Source of the DNA: Macrostomum lignano
Taxonomy: Eukaryota
Length of the DNA stretch: 31,830 nucleotides
Reading direction: 5' to 3'
Assembly: GCA_002269645.1 (NCBI GenBank)
Contig: NIVC01003931.1
Coordinates: 1-31,830, forward strand
Below, one piece after another: positions 29,515 through 31,830 of the stretch; positions within the stretch are counted from its first letter, which is position 1; each line of letters starts with the position of its first letter. Under the pieces are notes generated by a model, which was not told the DNA's origin, searched no databases, and worked only from the letters and a program-made list of their open reading frames with translations. Made by a program: the position numbers and the translations under genes.

Positions 29515-29922
29515 CTGGACGATTGTAGACCTGCCGGTACACGGAGCTTCGCCCCCAAGCTCCACACATTTGGGCGGAGTTTCCAGCGCAGGCCATGTTG
29601 CAGTCGCTGTCGGCTGCCCTGCGAATCTGCCGTACGAGTTTCCACAGAAACAAAAACTTGAATACTGAACACCAAAGTAGCGGAATTTTCCATAGGCGCA
29701 GATTTCGCTGCAAAGCTGCAGAGTCATGCTGCTGAGTTCGACTGTCCCCCCGGAGTTCCACGTCACCGAGTAGGGCCCGATGGTGGACCAGCCATTCAGA
29801 CCGTTGATATCTCGATCTCCGGTGTCCACGAAGCAGCCCAAGTGGCCGAATTCAGCGCCCAGCGAGTGGCCGAGAGCGATGCAGCAGCAGAGAATCAGCG
29901 GCAGAATTGACAAAGTCTGCAT
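29515..29922 (-). pseudogene. Exon 1 (signal peptide + WSC) of the WSC-PAN gene, copy B; 1-bp deletion at ~29620-29630
   Basis: ATG at 29922, donor CCAG|GTGAGC at 29515|29514. TACGGCAGATTCGCAGGGCAGCC is 1 nt shorter than copy A TACGGCCGACACGGCAGGGCAGCC. The WSC C-terminus continues in the next frame (RAADSDCNMACAGNSAQMCG). Confidence 0.85.
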
Positions 29923-30464
29923 GGTCAGAGCGGCTGTGGAGAGTCTCACGAGACGGGATGTGCTTTCGCTTTTGTGCCTCTCGCCAGCTGCAGGACTGCG
30001 GGCTTTATGCAGCTTCCCAACTCCCCATTTGGGGTACGGGCGCGTTGCGATGGCATCGCGTTGCCAAGGCGACAGAGAAAACTGTTTACTGCGCGATGCC
30101 TTGGGGAGGCTGGGTTGCTACCAGTGGCTGCTCCTCGATGCGTAGAATCTCAACGCAGCGCTCGGATTGTTCGAATGCATTTTTGCGTGAATTTTGCGAA
30201 TTTGTTTAATCCGTGAGCGTCTCATTGTCAGTGTCTTTCAGTCTCAACTGTCTGCTTTTTCTGGTGCAGATTTTTGCCACCATTGACTTCTCACGTCATC
30301 ATCCGATTTTAGAATTCAATTTTAGCATAATCAGAGTTGATTTTTCAACAATTCCAAGCTCACGTGCATGTTTCTCTGAGGACTGCTCAGCAGACACTGC
30401 ACGGAATTGGGGCTCAAAGTTGATGAGCAAGTGCCCCAGGCTTTGAGCTGTGAATTTTAGCTTA

Positions 30465-30770
30465 TTAGGTGCATCTAATGTGACTTAGCCAGCAGTCGTA
30501 TACCTGTTCCTCAGTTCTGAGTAGTAGCCTGCCGCTGAGCACAGTAGGGGAGATCTCCTCCAGCTCCAGGACCTTTCTCAGGCTTGCTTTCGTCAAGCGT
30601 TTGATGCAACCAGTCGAATCCATGTTGCTCTGAATTGTCAAGAGATCTGCTCAGAAATCCTACCGGAAACTTTTTCGCTACATTTGAAGAAACTGGAATC
30701 TCGGCTTGGCTCAGCTGGTGCAATTAACGCCATTGCAAGAGCCAACCCCAAGACACAGTGAGGTGTACAT
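30465..30770 (-). pseudogene. Candidate ~100-aa secreted four-Cys protein with two compensating frameshifts
   Basis: AAAC-ATG at 30770. Correcting +1 in the G run at 30746-30749 and -1 near 30645 gives MYTSLCLGLALAMALIAPAEP...KCSEK...GCIKRL...VYDCWLSHIRCT*. Start and stop share one frame. Confidence 0.35.
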
Positions 30771-31443
30771 GTTTAAGGATAAATAAAGTTAGGGCCGCTG
30801 TACACTCCCGTGTGAGTGTGTGCCTGTGCATAGGACTGCGTACATATCCGCGCGCTTGTGTGCCTGCTCAGGGGAGTCGGCGGTATGGGGTAGTAATGCC
30901 TCTCGCCGGTTGTGTGACAATGTCACTTGAAGCCATCTATGTAGCCATCTAATAGTACGACCCTTAATTTGTTAATGTGAAACGTGGATTTCACATAAAT
31001 TTATTAAATAGCGAGGAATAGGTGAGATAGGTGCTTACTAGGGCATGAGAACATCGTCCATCGTTCTTGAGAATTGAATAAGTCCAAATCAATTATAACT
31101 CAAATAAATTTGTGCAGAACCTAATCTTAAATGTCTAAAGACTTTTAATAAAGACTTCGTGCTTAATTAGTCTACTGTATTCTATGCAAGTTTAACGTGA
31201 GAAAGCTTAATAGATTCAGAAAACAAGGGTAAAAAAGCAGAGTTGAAAACAACAAAAGGACGGATCAAAGGGCATTTAAGAACCAATTTCTAAGAAACAA
31301 TTAAAAACGGAATCAGTGACTGAACCCAGTGTGGGTTGAACGGAATGTTAATAATATTCATTAAAATAAAACAATCACATATTATAGCATTAGTTATGAG
31401 TCAGATTTATAATGAAATTCACATGTACTTTTGCCTCATACAG

Positions 31444-31521
31444 TCAAGCTCGGATCTGCTGTCTGGCTTTGTCAAGAATTTCCTTCTTGATCTTCGGATA
31501 GGTCGGGTGGTTCTTGAGTAC
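31444..31521 (-). CDS. TTC21B: Last coding exon of an IFT139/TTC21B-like gene (rest of the gene lies beyond the right edge)
   Basis: Acceptor CCCCACCGCAG, then VLKNHPTYPKIKKEILDKARQQIRA*. This matches my recollection of the TTC21B/IFT139 C-terminus (VL..HPTYPKIRKDILDKAR). Confidence 0.75.
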   Translation of the reverse strand, partial: VLKNHPTYPKIKKEILDKARQQIRA

Positions 31522-31612
31522 CTGCGGTGGGGGAGCAGAAACAGGTTTTATAGGTTAGTTAGTTTGAGTAGATTTGGACCCTCCATACCATCCATGTCCT
31601 CCGAGTCACCCA

Positions 31613-31830
31613 CCGACTCTACCCTCCACACCCTCTCCGACTCTACCCTCTACACCCTCCCTGACTCTACCCTCCACACCCTCTCCGACTCTACCCTCCA
31701 CACCCTCTCCGACTCTACCCTCCACACCCTCCACACCCTCCCTGAATCTACCCTCCACACCCTCTCCGACTCTACCCTCCACACCCTCCCTGAATCTACC
31801 CTCCACACCCTCTCCGACTCTACCGCTCCA
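31613..31830. repeat. 24-bp intronic minisatellite, ~9 copies, running off the window
   Basis: Unit ACCCTCCACACCCTCTCCGACTCT, located upstream of the acceptor of the TTC21B-like last exon. Confidence 0.95.

Noticed and set aside
31606-31806. 66-aa (VEGRVGEG)n ORF
   Set aside because: Translation of the 24-bp intronic minisatellite.

Overview
Eukaryotic, spliceosomal-intron-containing genomic DNA. It resembles free-living flatworm (Macrostomum-like) sequence, but the taxon is only an inference. No rRNA, tRNA or CRISPR array is supported. The window lies between two converging conserved genes: the last exon of a Ser/Thr kinase at the left edge (+) and the last exon of an IFT139/TTC21B-like gene at the right edge (-). 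The ~31 kb between them is an accessory, transposon-rich, partly duplicated block. It holds: (i) a decayed tyrosine-recombinase retrotransposon with Ngaro-type coding and short inverted ends (464-4285); (ii) two copies of a two-exon gene for a secreted WSC + PAN/apple-like protein (-), where the intron of copy A is inflated from 425 bp to 6148 bp by a nested RTE/LOA retrotransposon chimera flanked by one TSD; (iii) a minimal hammerhead ribozyme motif in an LTR-like unit that appears split by a Helentron-like element carrying a 1-kb heptamer satellite; (iv) a tandem pair of intronless C3H zinc-finger/coiled-coil/beta-rich genes, one broken by a single TGA; (v) a P-element/THAP9-like transposase pseudogene; and (vi) a MITE, several minisatellites, candidate micro-exons and a candidate small secreted-protein pseudogene. 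All assignments were made by eye from motifs; no database search was run.
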